Shown here: positions 61,506 to 64,000 of the stretch, in pieces
Position numbering within the stretch: the first letter of the stretch is position 1
Layout: every line of letters begins with the position of its first letter
NCBI GenBank assembly: GCA_022605425.2
Contig: JAKIMF020000007.1
Coordinates: 1,054,001 to 1,118,000 of the forward strand
Reading direction: 5' to 3'
Length of the DNA stretch: 64,000 nt
DNA from: Hamiltosporidium tvaerminnensis FI-OER-3-3
Taxonomy: Eukaryota > Fungi > Microsporidia
Made by a program: the position numbers and the translations under genes
The notes under the pieces: model-generated
Told to the model about the DNA's origin: nothing
Seen by the model: only the letters and a program-made list of their open reading frames with translations
Database searches by the model: none

Positions 61506-64000
61506 GTTCAAATAAACCAAAAATAATCGATTTATTTCAACTTGGCTTGAAATAATTCTAAATAAATCACAATTACATCAATATTTTCTATTCTAAATCA
61601 TAAATATATTTGAATTTCTTAAAATACGGATTATAAAAAATGTAATATTCTTTATCAAAAAACAGTGAAATAATTCTATTTTTAAACAGTGAAGATAATT
61701 GGTTATAAAACCTTTAAATTTTTAATTGAACCAAACTAGTCAGGAGAAAAAATGATATCTAAACTTAAAAAGCATTAACTACAAGAAGAGCTATAATGTG
61801 AAGTCAAATGGTTTATAACTCAATTGATAACCATATATCAGAATGTTTAAAAAAACCTTTTACAAATAATTAAAAGTTGTTAAAATGCAGCTGAATTAGA
61901 AACATATTTTTAACAGATTGATAAAAATTGACCATATGACATTAAAAAACCAAGAAATTGGCATTTTTATAATATAATGAATAATATAATCCGAAATAAT
62001 CCCAGAAATCCCATTTATTATAATCGAACGAAACAATGCTCTAATTTATGACTACAGGACCAACCCTCCTAAAATGGCTTCGTATCTTTCTAAAAATTTT
62101 AACTAAAGACATGTGTTTTAGTTCCTAGCCGCATCGTTTTTATTCTTCGTGCGTTTGGCAAATTTTAAATGCTTTTCATTGTTTAAAATAATTAGAAATC
62201 TTCAAATGAATAAAGATAATCAGGATTGAACTGAAAAAAGATACTTAAATATTCTAAATCATCTATTGATTTATAGGCGAAAGATGTATATATAATATAT
62301 GGCTTCAAAGTTAAAATTTCAAGAAATTTAAGATTATTTACGATCGAAAATACATCTAATCATAATAGAACTATTGTGGTTTCTGTTTATATATAACTTC
62401 TCATTACAAAACCAATCAAGACCGCTTAATAATAACAATAAGATTCCTTATTTACATTAATAATCATATAATAACATAAATACATTAAAAATAATATAAT
62501 TGTAGCAAAAAAACAATTGTAGTCATTTCTACAAAAACGGGTTTAAAATTCTTTTGAAGTAAAACCTGAGATTCATTCATTTAACGATATTATGAATAAT
62601 TTAGAATTACCAACGCTAATCTTTGAATAGCCAGACACAACTAAGAGCCTAGGCTAATTACTAGCGATTAAAAACTGACAATAAAAAATTAAATCGTTTA
62701 AAATATTGTTTAGTAAATCATCTACTGTTAAGATTTAAACATATGATAACCAAGTATTTAGTGAGAATCTCTTCAAACGACATATTTTATAAGAAAAGAG
62801 AAGATCATTGTTAGTATTACGCTGGATTCAGACATGAAAATAAATGTTAAAATATCATTTATATATTAAGCCTTTTGGAAAAAATCTAGCATATTTGAAT
62901 TCATACTGCAAGTAAAAAAGCTAATTTCAGACATTTTTTTACAATTTAAAGTTCTCTAAAGAAAACTTTTTTGGTAAAATTACAAAATTAATCTTTTTAG
63001 ATTTTTTGTTTAATTTTAATTTTGTCCTATGTTTTCATTCAGATTTGCCTTTGGATTGCTTTTTTTAAGAAATTTTCTAATTTTTTTGTTTCATTGTGTG
63101 TTAGAACTTTAATTGTATTTATTTCGCATCAATATTTAACCGAAAGAAAATAAATTAAGCAAAAAAAATGTCTAAAGCCGATTAATATGCTTCTGCGAGT
63201 ATTTCTACGAAAGGAATAAAACAATATGAGAATTTTTTACGTACTTCATAGATTTCCTATGATTAAAAAGGTTAAAAACCAGCAATTTGAATATTTCTTT
63301 TTATTGTAAGTACTGTTGTGTGTTAAAAGAAGGTCATTGGATATCATTAATGGTAAATCTATAGACTACACGGAAACCTATTCGTTAATGCTTGATGATG
63401 CACACGGGAAGTATCATATTCAAAGTATATTCATTAGCCTATATAAATTCTGATATATTTTGAATAGCAGCGAGACATAAGTTGATTAAAAACGATATAA
63501 AAAATCCAAATTTTTATCGATAAGAAATTTCAGTCTTAAGCGATTAGTTAATACCGAGGAAGTAAAAGAGGCGTTCATCTCTCAAGATCAAACTTCGTAA
63601 TATTTCATAAATTGGAAAAGTGAAATAGTAGGACATTTTTTTAGATAAATATTTTTATAATTCAATGTTAAAACACTTTTTTTTCATTCTTTAAATCTCT
63701 TCTTATCTGTTTTTCAACTTTGAATCTAATCAAGTTAGATATTTTTTTCTCTGCTTTATATTTCTGCAATTGGGAACTATCGCAAAAATTATATATAAGA
63801 ATATTTTAGTATCGAAGACGTAAAACTGTACGTTTAAGAAATTCTTGCTTATTCATTCTCAAATTGAGATGTGGCAGTCATGTTTGCACGCCGAAATGTA
63901 TTTTATTCAAAAAATAAATGTGCAGACAAACTACATATTAAAATATTTTAAAATAATGGCTAAAACGAATAATATTGATTATAAATGATTTTTACTTTAT

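Noticed and set aside
63863-63900. TGAGATGTGGC...GCCGAAATGT as a Penelope-type hammerhead
   Set aside because: Lacks the CUGANGA core and convincing stems I and III.

Overview
Very AT-rich, gene-sparse eukaryotic DNA. The features fit a large-genome microsporidian (Hamiltosporidium-like; inference): CCC motifs just upstream of ATGs, no recognisable introns, a PTDSS-type phosphatidylserine synthase, expanded LRR and secreted-kinase families, and many TE relics. Likely host genes: an LRR protein (two frameshifts), a ~1370-aa signal-peptide/repeat/C-terminal-TM surface protein split by two compensating frameshifts, PS synthase, a 562-aa hypothetical protein, a signal-peptide Ser/Thr kinase plus a decayed paralogue, a 48-aa Dad1-like micro-ORF missing from the ORF track, a tail-anchored protein and a Tpa1/OGFOD1 hydroxylase (one frameshift). 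Mobile DNA: a full-length piggyBac (TTAA + TIRs) inside the kinase pseudogene, a Merlin relic, a hAT (Buster/Charlie-type) MITE, an RLE-type (R4/Dong-like) LINE, two RTE LINE relics and two RTE-derived SINEs. The most notable observations are (i) an unrecognised ~720-nt non-coding, strongly base-paired dispersed element with six copies in 64 kb, and (ii) a 190-bp RTE-type SINE nested in one of those copies whose 5' end coincides with the cleavage site of a degenerate twister ribozyme. All alignments and folds were done by eye, and boundaries of decayed elements are approximate.
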